From Balamuthia mandrillaris (Eukaryota), in contig JAVKOQ020000105.1 in assembly GCA_031835245.2 (NCBI GenBank), forward strand, positions 62,001 through 126,000: 64,000 nucleotides of DNA. Reading direction: 5' to 3'. Positions 37,866-50,542 of the stretch are shown here, piece after piece (position 1 is the first letter of the stretch; the number at the start of each line of letters is the position of its first letter). The position numbers were made by a program, and so were the translations under genes. The notes beneath the pieces were generated by a model. The model searched no databases. It had not been told where the DNA came from and was given only the letters and a program-made list of their open reading frames with translations.

Positions 37866-38115
37866 AGAGAGAGAAAGAGAGAGAAAGAGAGACACAGAGA
37901 CACAGAGAGGGGACAGAGAGAAGGCTAAGAAAGGGACAGGGAGAGAGAACCGTGGTAAGATGGCTAAGTTCATCGGGCTCTCCAACAAAACTTCCAGCAG
38001 AGGTCGTCGACGCCGAAGCCGTGGTCGAAGGAGGAGAGATCATAGGCGCGCCATCATTGGCTCCACTGGGGCTCCTCTGCCGCGCAGACTTTAGGTTCTT
38101 TCGAAAAGTGTGCAT
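32402..38115 (-). CDS. BAR-RhoGEF(DH)-PH-RhoGAP-Pro-rich-2xLIM protein, multi-exon
   Basis: BAR-like PMDEFVRRDMKEAKASRKKYDKAK. DH: RRKLIMKIVADEHQY, LLALPCYRIVKY. PH: HFFLFNNLMMYCK. RhoGAP: VFGVSLE, EGLFRISG, LLKLWIRELPEPL, NKMGPHNLAIVFGPNL. LIM: CAMCSQPI...WHTRCFVCAHC and CAGCGQTI...WHPEHFVCCHC. Confidence 0.88.
34501..34712. repeat. Perfect (GAACGA)n hexamer array, (TCGTTC)n on the sense strand, intronic
   Basis: Directly visible, about 35 units. Confidence 0.97.
35435..35655. repeat. (AAG/AAC)n intronic microsatellite
   Basis: Directly visible; a similar tract lies at 39371-39542. Confidence 0.95.
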
Positions 38116-38634
38116 GCCTCTTTTTTTTTCTTCTTTACACAAAAATTACAAAATCGATTCCTCCAAATAAAAAAAAGAGGCGGATGGGGAGGGGAGGGCC
38201 TTGTCGCCTTTCTTTTTTTTTTTGCTACTTCTTTTGTTGTTTTACAAAAAAAAAAACGAAAACGTTGCGTTTGGGTGCGTGCGATGTGTTGCGGGTAAGA
38301 GAGGGAGGTGAGGTGGGGGGGTGACCGAGGAAGACTTGGGGCGCCCTCTCTGCCGTTGTTGTTTTTGCCCTTTTCTTTGCGCTACGCTTTTTTTTTTTTT
38401 GTGGCTTTAATTTTTTATTATTTTTTATTTATTTAGAATTGTTGTCGACTTACGATCTGAGATCGATGATTGCTTTCGGGCATCTCCTTTCATAATACGT
38501 GCGTTCCTTATTTGGATAAATGAGGCTCACAACAATCATTCCTATTGGTTGTTTGAAAAAAATATTCCAATAAAAAACCCTCGTCTGTCCCCTCTCCCAC
38601 CTGCACTTCTCTTTGTTGTTGCTTTGCTTTAGCG

Positions 38635-41161
38635 TTACATGTTATCTTCTTCCTTTTGCTTCTTATCTTCTTCTGCTTCTCCTTCTGCTTCATCACCACC
38701 ACCTCCTTCCGCTTCTTCTTCCTGTTGCTGCTGCTGCTGCTCTATCTCGTCCAGTCGTTCCAGATTCAAGTCCAAGAAAAGATGTTCTTTCGGATTGCCA
38801 AAGTTGCATTTTTCGATGAGCGCCATTGCCGGTTTGTTCTATTGTTGTTGAGGCGACAATCGTTTTGTTATTATTCAGGAAAAAACCACACTTTGAAGAA
38901 CAAACAAAGAGGAGAGAAATAAAAGGAGAATGAAAGGAAGTAAGAAATAACCGAACCTCAACACTCGTATCCACAAACGCAGTTGCAGTCCCTTAAAAAT
39001 AAGCCACGTTAGCAACCATTGTTAACTCTCTCGTTCTCTCTTCTTACTTCTTCATTGCTTTGCTCTTCTCTTCTCAAAGCCGAGAGTATACCTTCTTGTA
39101 GAAACTGTTTTAAGACAGCATAAAGTAGACAGGTAGCAACGCCCTTCCTCCTGCACTCAGCCTCCACGCCAACCCATGTTATATACCCAAACTGCATACG
39201 AAGGCAGCAACAAAAAGAAGTCATGTTAGCAAAAACAAGCTAAACAGATTCAAACTTGTTTTTGTGTGTTCGCAGAGAGCCACGTACACTTTGACCAGAA
39301 CTTTTGGCAATCTTACAAGCCAAACAAAAGCCCTTTTATTGGTAGGCGAAATTAATGCCGGTCAAAGAATGAAGAAGAAGAAGAAGAACAAGAACAAGAA
39401 GAAGAAGAAGAACAAGAAGAAGAAGAACAAGAAGAAGAAGAAGAAGAAGAAGAAGAAGAAGAAGAAGAAGAAGAAGAAGAAGAAGAAGAAGAAGAACAAG
39501 AAGAACAAGAAGAACAAGAAGAACAAGAAGAACAAGAAGAACCGAAGGAGAGCAAGGGGGACAAGATGAAGATCATACAATAACTTTGCCATTGAGCTCA
39601 GCAACCAAACCGAGACCAGAGGCAGGGTCAAAGTGGTCTATGACTTCAAATTCTTTGGGAAAAATGAAGTTAGAGAAGAGAGTGTGTGTGCGGGTATGTG
39701 TGTAACAAACCATCCCAAGCGCGATAATAATTCTGACCCAACTTTGTTGTAAATATCTAGTGTTTCGCCGGTCAGTTTTGTAAGCGACTGGAAGCTTATT
39801 TAATAAGATGCATTAATCATCTGCTTACCTTCTCCCCTATACGAAACACACGAGAAAGATCTTTGAGCTCCATTGGCCGGATGACGAGTGGAGCAGGCGT
39901 ACCTCCATTGCTCCCGTTCTTGCCAAGAGGTAAGTCGATACTGAGCGAGTGAGGAGCCAATGATTGGACGCCCTTTGGAGTTAACGTGTCAATCAGCTCT
40001 TGAGTTATGTTAACGGAGAAATAGGCACATGGGTTTGGGTTCTTAAATCCCAGCTTTCCGAAGAACTTGAGAGCTGGAATGTTGTCTGCTTGTGTGTCGA
40101 TGATGAGCTATTGTTTTGTGGATGCTTAGGTGAGTATCCTTGGTTATAGTTTTTTCTTCAGCTCCAAAACAAAAACAATAAGCACGGGTTACCATTTGGA
40201 TGCCATGATATTTCATTATGTCGCGAAACCGCTCGAACAAAAGTTTTGCCACACCTTTTCTCTAGTTGCATGTGTTATATTTCTTATTATATTTCATAGA
40301 GAGAGAGAGAGAGAGAGAATCGATAAAGGAGAGGAGAAACAAACCTGGTAATCAGTGTGGATAGCAAGCCATTCGAGATAGCCGTACTTCCAACGAGACT
40401 TGAAAACAGGAAAGCCCAAACAAAACCCTATCATCATTTCTTTTTCACGGTCCTCTGCAACCAGACAAAACTCATCGTCTGTGTTGAATGTCTCCGTCAC
40501 CACAAATGGATCCCACGTTCCTTTTGTTTCACAAAGTGAGTAATTCAACACGAGAAAGGAGAAGAGAAGCGGATAAGCAAAAGAGCGGAGCGAAATCAAG
40601 AAGAGAGAGAAGCTAACGGTAAAGGTTTGGCCAGCGTTGTTCGTCAAACAGCTGCTCGCCGAGTGTGTAAACTTGGTACAGGTCATCTAGCTCCATTCTG
40701 AGTGACGTTTAAATGACGCGTTGCATTGTTGAGAGTTTGATGGGAAAACCGCACAGAAAGAAGAAGGGAAATGAGCAGCGAGCGAAGAGAGAGGAAGAAA
40801 TGAAGGGAGGAAAATGCAGTACTGTCGTATTACAATGCCGTCATGGTGAAGCTGGCTGCCTCTCTTGCGTCTGCCTTTCAAGCGAGGGCTGGGAACGTTT
40901 GCAGAGGTAGTGGTAGCGGACTCACTAAATCTCCGAGATGGAGGAGAAAAACGATCAGAAAGGGAGCAGCGTTGAAAAAAAAAAGAAACAGTGGTGCAGT
41001 AACAGAAAAAAAGTAGAGAGAGGTAGAGAAGGGAGTGAAAAAAAAAAACAAATAACGCACGGAATGGAGATGGAGCTCGCCACGGCAAAAGATTCCGGTC
41101 GCACGAGCGAGCCTTGACCCGCTTTGGCCGTCCTCCTTTTCTTCACTTCCAGCGCGTTCAT
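38635..41161 (-). CDS. Tandem (double) GNAT acetyltransferase, about 11 exons
   Basis: Repeat 1: IRQMELDDLYQVYTLGEQLF...NLYRTWD...FCLVAE...GYLEWLAIHTDYQRKGVA...IDTQADNIPA. Repeat 2: IRPMELKDLSRVFRIGEKIF...YYRAWD...GYITWVGVEAECRRKGVA...VDTSVENKPA. Confidence 0.85.
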
Positions 41162-41643
41162 ACAGAGCTTGCTACTTTTTTTTCTCTCTCTCTCAACGTT
41201 TGCTGTGAGAACAAAACAGAAAAAAAAGAAAAGAAAAAAAGGGCAGACGTCTTCTTTTTCTTTCGGCAGCAACACCACCAACAAAAATTATGTCTGATGG
41301 CTTGCCTTCTTTTATTTTATTTCTATGACAAATAATTTGAAAATGTGGAATGAAATTTGAAAATTATTAAACACGGGCGATAATGATTGGTCCCGGCGGG
41401 TATTAAATTAATTGCGCTCATGTCCTCTCTCCTATCTTCTCTTCTGTTCAGCATAGGCATTTTCATGTCGACATGAACTTAAATCACATGTCGTCATGGG
41501 CGAATGGGTGTGCTCTCCTTGCCTCGCTCATCTCTATGGAAAAACGACCTCAACACCCGCTAAAAGGCCAAGGAAGAGCGCGGAAAGAGAGAAGCCCGCC
41601 CAAGACCAGAACGGAATAGAAGGGAGGGGCGGCGGGGCGGAGG

Positions 41644-42408
41644 ATGAATAGCGACCTGTGCACCAACAACAACAGTCCGCCTCCAGAGGCGACGGCGCCA
41701 ATGCGCAAAGAAGAAGAAGAGGCACGGGGAGATGAGGTCTCCGTCAAACGTACCAAGAAAACGTGGAAGCCCAAAGTTGCCCAACTGCAACCTACTACTG
41801 CTACCGCTTCTACTTCTACCACTACTTCTTCTTCGTTTGAGTCTTCTTCCCCCATGGCAGTGACGACCCCAACGCCGCAGCAGCAACGACAAGGGCAACA
41901 ACACGTGGCTTCCTCAGCCACCTCTCCTTCCCCTCCACCATTGTCTGCCTCTCCGTTGTCCTCCACAGGCGTGAGCGTGGGGATCTGTTACCACCACACG
42001 CACAGCCAAACCAGCTACAAGTACGGGGAGGTGTTCCCCTTGGACGAGGACCGGGAGCACGAGTTCAAAGCCGTGCAGCGCACCAAGCGTTTGCTGGATC
42101 GCATCTCTGTCTACTGTGAGGTACTCTTGTAGTTGATTTAACTGTTTACTGTTCTTTGTTTTTCCTCTTCTTCTTCTTCTTGTTGTTGTCCTTCTTCTGC
42201 TTCGTCTTTGTTCTTCGCTGCTGCGTCTTCTAAAGAACTGCTTTTTTCGTTTGGCTTGCAGCATTACGTGAATGCCTTTCTCAACACAGACGGCGGTACC
42301 ATTTATTTTGGCATTGAGGACGATGGCCGCATCCTTGGCGTCCCTATGGATCGCAAACTTCGTGACATGCTACGGCTGCGCATTGATTCTATTGTTAGTG
42401 GTATACAT

Positions 42409-42453
<45 letters not shown>

Positions 42454-44074
42454 TTCTCTCTCTCACGTTGTCTTATATTGTTGTTGTCTTATTAACCTTC
42501 TCTCAACGGTTTGATGATACACATGTAGCATTCAAGCCACAAGTGGATCCATACCTCTGTCACACAGAGTTTGTTCCAGTTGTGAAGGCTTTAGATTCTC
42601 GTACTCCACAGCGGAAGGCCAAAACCAGCAGAAAGCGCGCAGGCAGCAGGACAGAGGAAGCTGATATAGAGGAGGAAGAAGATGACTATGACGAAGAAGA
42701 CGAAAAGGAAATACAGCGAAGAGAAGAAGCTGGCTGGCAAAGATACGTGGTGCAAATAAGAGTAGGTCGAGGACGAGCTCCCGTCTACTTCACTCCGCAC
42801 GGCAGTGCCTACTTTAGGCGCAGTGGCAGCACCCACAAGATGGACCTCTCGATGATCACCAGCCGCAAAGAAATGGGACGGCCGCAGCCGGCTTACGGCC
42901 TTCCTCACCAGCTTAGTGATGGTGACAGCAACACAGGTGCTCAACAACCCTCCTCTTCATCTACTGCTGCTATTCCGCAATCATCAGCAGTGGCAGGACT
43001 ACCGCAACAGCAAGAACAGCAACCATCACAACTGAAATCTTGCCAAAGTGGTGCTGCTGTTGGCGCGATGAAGGAAGAAGGACGTGGAGAACAACAGCAG
43101 CCATGCAGCGATAAGCAAGTGCTATCATTAAAGCCACCCGAGCACTTTATAGGTCGTGAACAAGAAATCGAACACATCCGAAAGTTCGTCACGGAACAAA
43201 TCTTATTGACGCCAACAACAACGGCAGGACGACTAGGACTAGTCCTATTGCACGGACTGCCTGTTGTGGGCAAAAGTGCGTTAGCACGACAGCTGATGGT
43301 CGAGTTCAGCTCCCTCTTTCCGGACGTACACTACGTGGTAGATATGAAGGGTGTGACCACCTCCTACAGTTCGATCGCCGATGCCATGGTCAGCGTTATT
43401 AGAGAGAGCTATCCCACGGCTACCCTTCCCGATAGCGAAGGCCCAGCCTTGAATGGCATGTATCAGTCCTGCTTCTCTGGCAAGCAATCCATCCTGCTTT
43501 TGGAGAATGTGGGCTCGCAAGAGCAGATCAAAGCTTTGCTGCCAACCACTCCAAAGCTCTGTCTCGTGCTCATCACGTCACGCAAGGACCTCAGTCTGGA
43601 TGCTATCATGGATCGCACCCTCTCTGTTCGCTTGGGTGAGCTTCTGCCCGAGCATGCCGTTAAGCTGTTGACCACGATGCTGCCCCAAGGTAGCATCACC
43701 AAGGAGGAGGCCCAACAAATAGCGCGGCTGTGTGGCTATCTGCCATTGCCCATGCGACTCATTGCCAGTACGCTGCGTCGTAAGAGAAACATCACTCCTC
43801 AATCCTTTATCAAACGCCTTACCGCGTAAGTTATTTTTCTCCTTCGCGTCATTTTAGGTTTTTTTTTTGTGAAAAAGGAATGCTCATCCCTTGTTCGGTT
43901 TATCCGTCAACAAAAAAGGGATCAGTCAAAGATTTATGAGCTGCTCCAAAAATCTGCCGACTTGGCAGAAGCTGGATACCCCACAGAAGTGATCGACCAT
44001 GTGAAAGCATTGTCCTTGTTTCCATCCAGTTTCGACATTCGCTCTGCCATGGCTCTTCTTCGTCTTGTACTATT

Positions 44075-44118
<44 letters not shown>

Positions 44119-44728
44119 GTTTTTGCCTAACAAAATGAGAACGAAACAGACGTATGAAGAGACAGAAGATGCATTGGGAGTGCTGCTGGATTACTCATTG
44201 CTTGACTTCAACACAGCCAATCAGCGTTACGAAATGAACGATTTTCTGAAAAAACGAACGTTTGCTTTGGCAGAAAAAGACGAGCAGACCAAACAACAAT
44301 TAGCCACCTATCAAGAGAGATTCGTACAATATTACGAAAGTCTTCTAAGGGACTGCACATCATGTCTCTCAGGCTCAGACTCCACACTGCGTATGAGAGG
44401 TACGTTGTCTACTTATTTTATTTTTCCAGTCGTATTAACCGACTTTATTATAGGCATGTTGTTATTTGCGAGAGATCGTCAAAACTTTGAAGCTTGCTTG
44501 AAATACGCCAAGACTTTGAAGAATTATCGCTTGATATGGTTCTTCTCACACAAGTTGGCGCTGTTTCTGTCAAAGCTGCATTCTCCAGTAGAAAAAACTA
44601 AGTTTGCTCCGTTGCTGCATACCGTTATGGCCAGCGAAGGCGTACTTCAAGCTGCACAAAAGGAAGAGGAGAAACAGCACAAAGACAAACACAACGCCGA
44701 AGAAAAGAAACAGGACCAGACTAAATGA
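41644..44728 (+). CDS. Schlafen/AlbA_2 domain fused to an NB-ARC-like STAND ATPase (6 exons)
   Basis: Schlafen motifs EDREHEFK, YVNAFLNTDGGTIYFGIEDDG, RYVVQIRV and AYFRRSGST. STAND motifs FIGREQE, LHGLPVVGKS, ILLLENV, LITSR, LCGYLPL and RYEMND. Introns at about 42121-42261, 42401-42528, 43826-43918, 44067-44149 and 44400-44453. Confidence 0.85.
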
Positions 44729-44825
44729 GCAAAGCAATGGGACAAAAATCTCTTTGTTTTGCTTTGGTCGTTTTTTAACGTGTATTGTTACAATGATGAT
44801 TGGTTTGTATCGTAACTATCTCTTT

Positions 44826-47800
44826 TCATTTGATCCTATAACGATCCAGCAAGGTCTCTTCCGTATCTTCCTCCTCTTCTGAACACTCTTCATTAGCATC
44901 TCCTTCTTCGCTGTCATCTTCATCATCATCTCGACGTTGTGCCTGCTCCTTTTCTTGTTGCCTCCTGTACACGGTTGTCCAATCTTCTTCTTGTCTTTCT
45001 GCCGTTTGTTCTGACTCTGGTCCTGATGCAGGATACTTGCTGTCACTGGCCATCAACCGTTCCTCACGAGATGGATCAGGACGATGACGATGGCTCTTCT
45101 GTAGAACCTTCAGTTCAATTTCCAGGTCAGACAGCCTTTCCTCGTACAAACGTATCCTCTCCTCGTGCACTTTCTGCGTGTTGAGCAGCTTGTCTTTCCA
45201 GTACTTTATCTTCTCTTTCTTCTCCTCCACCTGAAGTTTGGCTTCTCGCTGCACCTCATCAAACTTCTTTAACACCTCCAGTATTTTGCCTTCCATCATT
45301 TCCAGCTCTTTTCCTTTTTGTTGGTGCTTCATGTTCAAGCGGCCAATTTCCTTTTGTTTTGAGGCGATGATGTCCTCCAGCAATTGGTTCTCCTCCGCTT
45401 TGGCGTCTATCACTTCCTCCAAGTTATCCATCTCTGCGTCCTTATCCTTCAGTTCCTCCTCCTTCTCCTTTAGTTCTTCCTCCAATGCAAAGAGCTTCAG
45501 CTCAATGCCTTCCTTCTGGTTGGCTTCTTTCTCCAGGCTCTGCTTCAGGGCCGCCTTTCTTTCTCTCTGCTTCTCAACCTTTCTGTTTAGGTCTGCCAGC
45601 TCAGCATCTCGCCTACTAAGAGCAGCCTGTAAGTCTAGCTTCTCTCTCCTCTCCCTCTCCAATTCTTCTTTCAGCCTATCCAGCTCTTCTTGTTGTTGTT
45701 GATATTGTGGCTTAACACCAGGTGCTCCTTTGGGAGAGAGGAGAGGCGGCGCTGAGGCCTGATTCTTTTGGCTCAGTTCTCGCTCCTCTTTTTCCAATCT
45801 CTCCCGTTCTTCCCTTTCCTGGCGTTCCTTCCGCCTTCGCTCCTCCTTCTCCGCTCTCTTCTTCTCCCGTTCAGCTTCCTTCTCTCTGGCAGCTTCCTTC
45901 TCCTTGGCAGCTCGTTCCTCCTCTCGCCGCCTTTTCTCTTGCTCCTTCTGCTTCTCACGTTCCTTCTGCGAATGCTTTCGGAGGGTCCTTCGCCGGTTCG
46001 TTTCCAACTCTTGATTCTTTAAGGCATGGCGCAGCAGCTCCAGTTCTTGCTCCATGGCACGGCGAACCTGCTCCGCTTCTTCTTTCTCCCTTTTCAACGC
46101 CTTGCATTCCTGTTGAGCAGCAGAGAGTTCTAGTTGGAGGCTGATGGAGGCTGCTCCTGGTTGTGGCGACGATGCTAAAGACGACGATGCCTCTGCAGTG
46201 ATAGCCGCTTTGGAAGTCATCGGAGAAACATCAAGGGAGGACAAGGCGGAAGATGTTGTCTGCTCTGTCTCTTCCGATCGTTCAACTGGGGGTACCTCCA
46301 ACGATGTGGTGCGAGGAGAGGCTATCATATTGATGGAAATCGCTGGGTCTCCAGCTAAAGCCACGGAAGAAGAAAGCTTGCTCAAAGGGGGCGCCTTAAA
46401 CTTAGTCTTTGCGGAGGCTGCTCCCTCCAGTTTCTCTAGCTTCTTCCTCGCTCTCTCCTCCTTTTTCAGCATTTTGTACTGCTTCTTCCTGGAGAGGGCA
46501 TCCTTGCTGCCACCCCATCCCCAAACCCGACTGCCACCCTCTCCTCCAGCTCCTCCTCCAACAGCCCCTCCTTTGGCTTTCTTCGAACCTCCCCCAATCT
46601 CGGTTGCGGTTGTTGGGTCATTGAAGAGATATCTCTTGTGAGCTATCTCTTGGATAAGCATCCTCTCCTCTTTCGTTGCCACCAAAAAGTCGACGTACTT
46701 TGCATCCTCCTGCCGTAAAGGGACCGAGGTGCTCTTCCGTTGAACCGTTGGTGATGGCCCCGTCAATGCGGATGCTGTTGCACTTCCACTCTCCGCCGCC
46801 GCCGCTGTCACAATTGGACAATTCGCTGCTGTTGGCGAAGCGGATGAAGAAGAAGACGGTGCAGAAGATGGTGAGGAAGTTGATAAAGCGGTGGACGAAT
46901 TGGCGTTACGAAGAGATGAAGGAGGCGCCGTAGTAGTAGTTATTGACAAGTCCGTTGCTGAAAGGGATGGAGGAAGGGAGGAGCTCAACTGCGAGGGTTG
47001 AGGAGAGAGGGCAGCTTCGCTGATTGAATGCGGCAGTGAAGGATGAGGTTCCAGCATGCCAGGAGATGAGCTATACAATGGCTTTTCCTTGGATAAGCGT
47101 TCCTGCATGGCGTCTTTCTTCTCTTTGGCAACAATGGCCTCCCATGTGGTAACTCGTTTCATGAGCTCCTCGCTCCCTCGTCTTCTGCCATTATAGCCAA
47201 CAGCAGCGGCAGGGCCTTTGCTCTGTCCTCCTTCGGCAGCCATCAACGCTTGTATCCTTTCTTCATGCTTTCCTACGGCCGCCCCAAGAGAACCTTTTCG
47301 TGAGAGCACCATGCCCTGAGGTGGTCCGTTGCTCTCCTCCTGGCGCTCCTTAGCAGTTGCTGTTGTTCCCAATGCTTCAGTGGAGTCCTTTGCTCCTGTG
47401 GTGCGTGTTATTGCGTCCTCTTCCTCCTTTTTGAGAGGAAGAGCAGGAAGCGATTGTTGGGTGAGAGATGTCTCCCCTTCGGAGCCGGTTGATGTATTTG
47501 GCAGAGGAAAAAACAGGTCGCAATCGTTCAAAAACGTCTCAACAATGAGCTGCTGCGTTCCATACATCATCAGGTCAGCCTGTTGGGGAACGTTAAAGCG
47601 AGCATTAGTTCAATGATGGTAGTCCTCGAACAACTGGAGCCAGGAACTCACTGTTGTTTCCACCCGACGCCTCATGATGGTAGGAGCGAACACGACTCCA
47701 AGGTTGAGGATCGTCATCATGTTTTTGTCACTGTGTTGGCTCACTAGCTTCAGAAAGTTGACGAGATAGCCTAACACCCGCCGATTGGGTTGCGGCAGTT

Positions 47801-47883
47801 GCTCCAGTAACTCTACAAAGTTCCTCCGTCTTTCGTTCTTGTCAATGACACCTGCAACCAAACATTCATTTGTTTCTTTCCGT

Positions 47884-47930
<47 letters not shown>

Positions 47931-48140
47931 AACGCGCTGCAATGATCCAGTTATCAAACAGGTCATAAGTCAACAGGGGATCGGGTAACATTCGAAAGTA
48001 ATTCTTCAACGCGACTGCCACCGAATGTATATTTTTGATATGGCTTAGAGAAGTCGCTCCTGGTTTAAGGTTTTTGCTTCCATTACAACAGATGCAGAGA
48101 GAAAGAGAGAGAAGAGCGAAGAGCGAAGATAGGAGAGAAG

Positions 48141-48174
<34 letters not shown>

Positions 48175-49157
48175 GTGAGTGAGAGGACTAACCTTGTTCC
48201 AATGCTTTGATAACTTCATTAAGTTCTGAGGACACTGAGATTCGGAAGATACCCTCCGTATCCAACCCTGACAGAACAATAGTGTTAGCAAGAGAGAGGA
48301 ACGGAAACAAAAACAGCAAACCTCTGTCTATCAAATGGTTGATGACAATGAAGATAGGATAAGGAATGCCTCGCACAGCGTTGAAGCGTGTGCATGCCTC
48401 CTCCAGCGAAATGCCCCACTCTTTAATGTACTTGCCTGCGTTGTTATAGGGATTCTGAACAGCTACTGGAATGCTGGGTACTGAAAGGAATTCGCTGGTA
48501 AGGTCCCCACTCACATCGAGGACAAAGTAAAAACGCAGTACCTGTTTTCTTTGGTTGCTCTTCCAGCAAAGAATTAGTATCAGCTTTGCCACTCTTTCTT
48601 CGCTCTCCCCATTTTGAGCGTCGGCTAAGCCCTCCACTGTCCTCTCTATCTGCAGGAGTTGACTCAACAATGATCGATTCGGAGAGCTGTTCAGTCGCAG
48701 CAACAAGTTGCAGTTGAGGAGCTGGCTGTGCCTGTTGTCGCGGGGTTGATACTTCGACCTTGGCGTCTGTAGTTGTTTGTTGCGGTTGTTGCTGCTGCTG
48801 TTCGTTGCTTCGTTTGTCTTCCTTCTCCTTCAGGGCATTCGCTGCTCCTTCTGTTTCTTTGGTTTCCTCTTCAGCAGGTTTTTGTTTGGCCTCCCGTTGC
48901 TTGTCTCTGTCTCTGTCTCTGTCTCGTTGTTTTTCTCTGTCTCGCTCTCTGTTTCTCTCACGATCTCTGCTCTCTCTTTCTCGATCGCGATCCCTCTCTC
49001 TGTCTCTGTCCCGGTCTCTTTCTTTGTCTCTATCTGATCTTTCTCGGCTTCGTGGTTGTGGTTGCTGTTGTTTGTCTCTTTCCCTGCTCCCTCTGGTATC
49101 GGCTCGCTCCCTGTTGGAAGCGCTGCTGCCGCTCATCGCGGGACTTCGCCGCGACAT
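44826..49157 (-). CDS. RhoGAP-domain protein with long C-terminal coiled coil
   Basis: Motifs WGISLEE, GLDTEGIFRIS, VALKNYFRMLPDPLLT, LPQPNRRVL and NMMTILNLGVVFAPTI. Five GT-AG introns. E/K-rich coiled-coil tail. Confidence 0.88.
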
Positions 49158-49764
49158 GTTTCTCTCGCGGGTCTGTTTTTTTAAGCCAGCCGCAACCTCT
49201 CTTCTTCTCTCGAGTTGGTTCAGTTATTCCAACACGGACTCCAGCCTCAGCACCCACTGCTGCGCCCTTTGTGTGATGCCCAGTCGTTAATGTTCTCCAG
49301 CCAAACGGCGTTTTCTTCATTACCAAAAATAGCGCAAGGACCCGCTCGAGGGTCTGTCCGTCTTTAGACTCAACAAGACTTGGCTTGCCTTGTTGCCCTT
49401 TCGTGCAACAACGACAACAACGACAACCACCACCACCACGGTTTTTACTTCTAAGCGCCAGGGCAGAGAAAAAGCAGCTGCAAGCAAAGAAAAACAAAGC
49501 GGAAGGAAGATAGGTCGGTGGTGTTGCAAAAATCTATTCCTACTTTTTTTTTAAAACAAAACGTGATAAAAGGAAGCAAGGAGGGGAGGGGAGGAGAGGG
49601 GCACTGGGAGAATGGAGTGATGGTTCTTCAGAGCATAAATGAGCTTAGAGGCACTATGAACAAAAGAATCATATGAATGGCAAAATAAGAGGTCGAAGCG
49701 TGGTTGAAGAGGCAAAAGAAGAAGAAGAAGCGTAGTCTAACAACAAATCCGCAACTGGCGTCGC

Positions 49765-50139
49765 TCAGTCGCGGTTGTCATCGTCCTCATAACGGTCCCT
49801 GCCGCCTCCACGGGAGTATCCGCCGCTGCGGCTCTTGTTGACCTCGTAGGGAGCGCTCCTCCTGCCGTAGGACCTACCACCGCCGCCCTCATAGTCACCG
49901 CCGCCACCGCCTCCACCTCGGCGATCACCGCCATAGCCTCCTCTGCGATCGCCCCCAAAGCCACCACGGCCTCCTCTGCCGCCGCGTCCACCAAAGCCAC
50001 CTCGGCCGCCGCCACGACCGCCGCCACCACCTCCACCAGGACCTTCTTTGGCATGATCCACTCTCAGTTGACGTCCATCCAAATCCTGAACAAGAAAGAG
50101 AGGGAGGAGAAAGACCGAATGAGCAAAACTTTATCATCT

Positions 50140-50225
<86 letters not shown>

Positions 50226-50542
50226 CGACAAAGAAGAGGACGTACAGCGCCGTTCATGGCCTCGCAGGCAGCGTCAGCCTCACTTTGGGATTCAAAAGTG
50301 ACAAAACCAAAGCCCCTGGAGCGTTGCGTATCTCTGTCAAGAATAACTTTGGCTGTTTTTATTCGTTTTTCAAAAATAAAAGGGGAGTTAACCACAAAAG
50401 AAAAGAAAAGCAAAAGCAAAACAAAAAGAATGATGATCAACATACCATCAACAACAGCGCCATATTGGGCAAAGGCATCACGAAGGGAGCTGTCGTCGGT
50501 GCTGTAGGAGAGACCTCCAATGAACAATTTAGCAGTGGCCAT
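49765..50542 (-). CDS. Glycine-rich RNA-binding protein (RRM + RGG; GRP/CIRBP-like)
   Basis: RNP2 [11 protein letters not shown]1 RGFGFVTF and LDGRQLRVD, then an RGG tail. Two introns. Confidence 0.93.
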
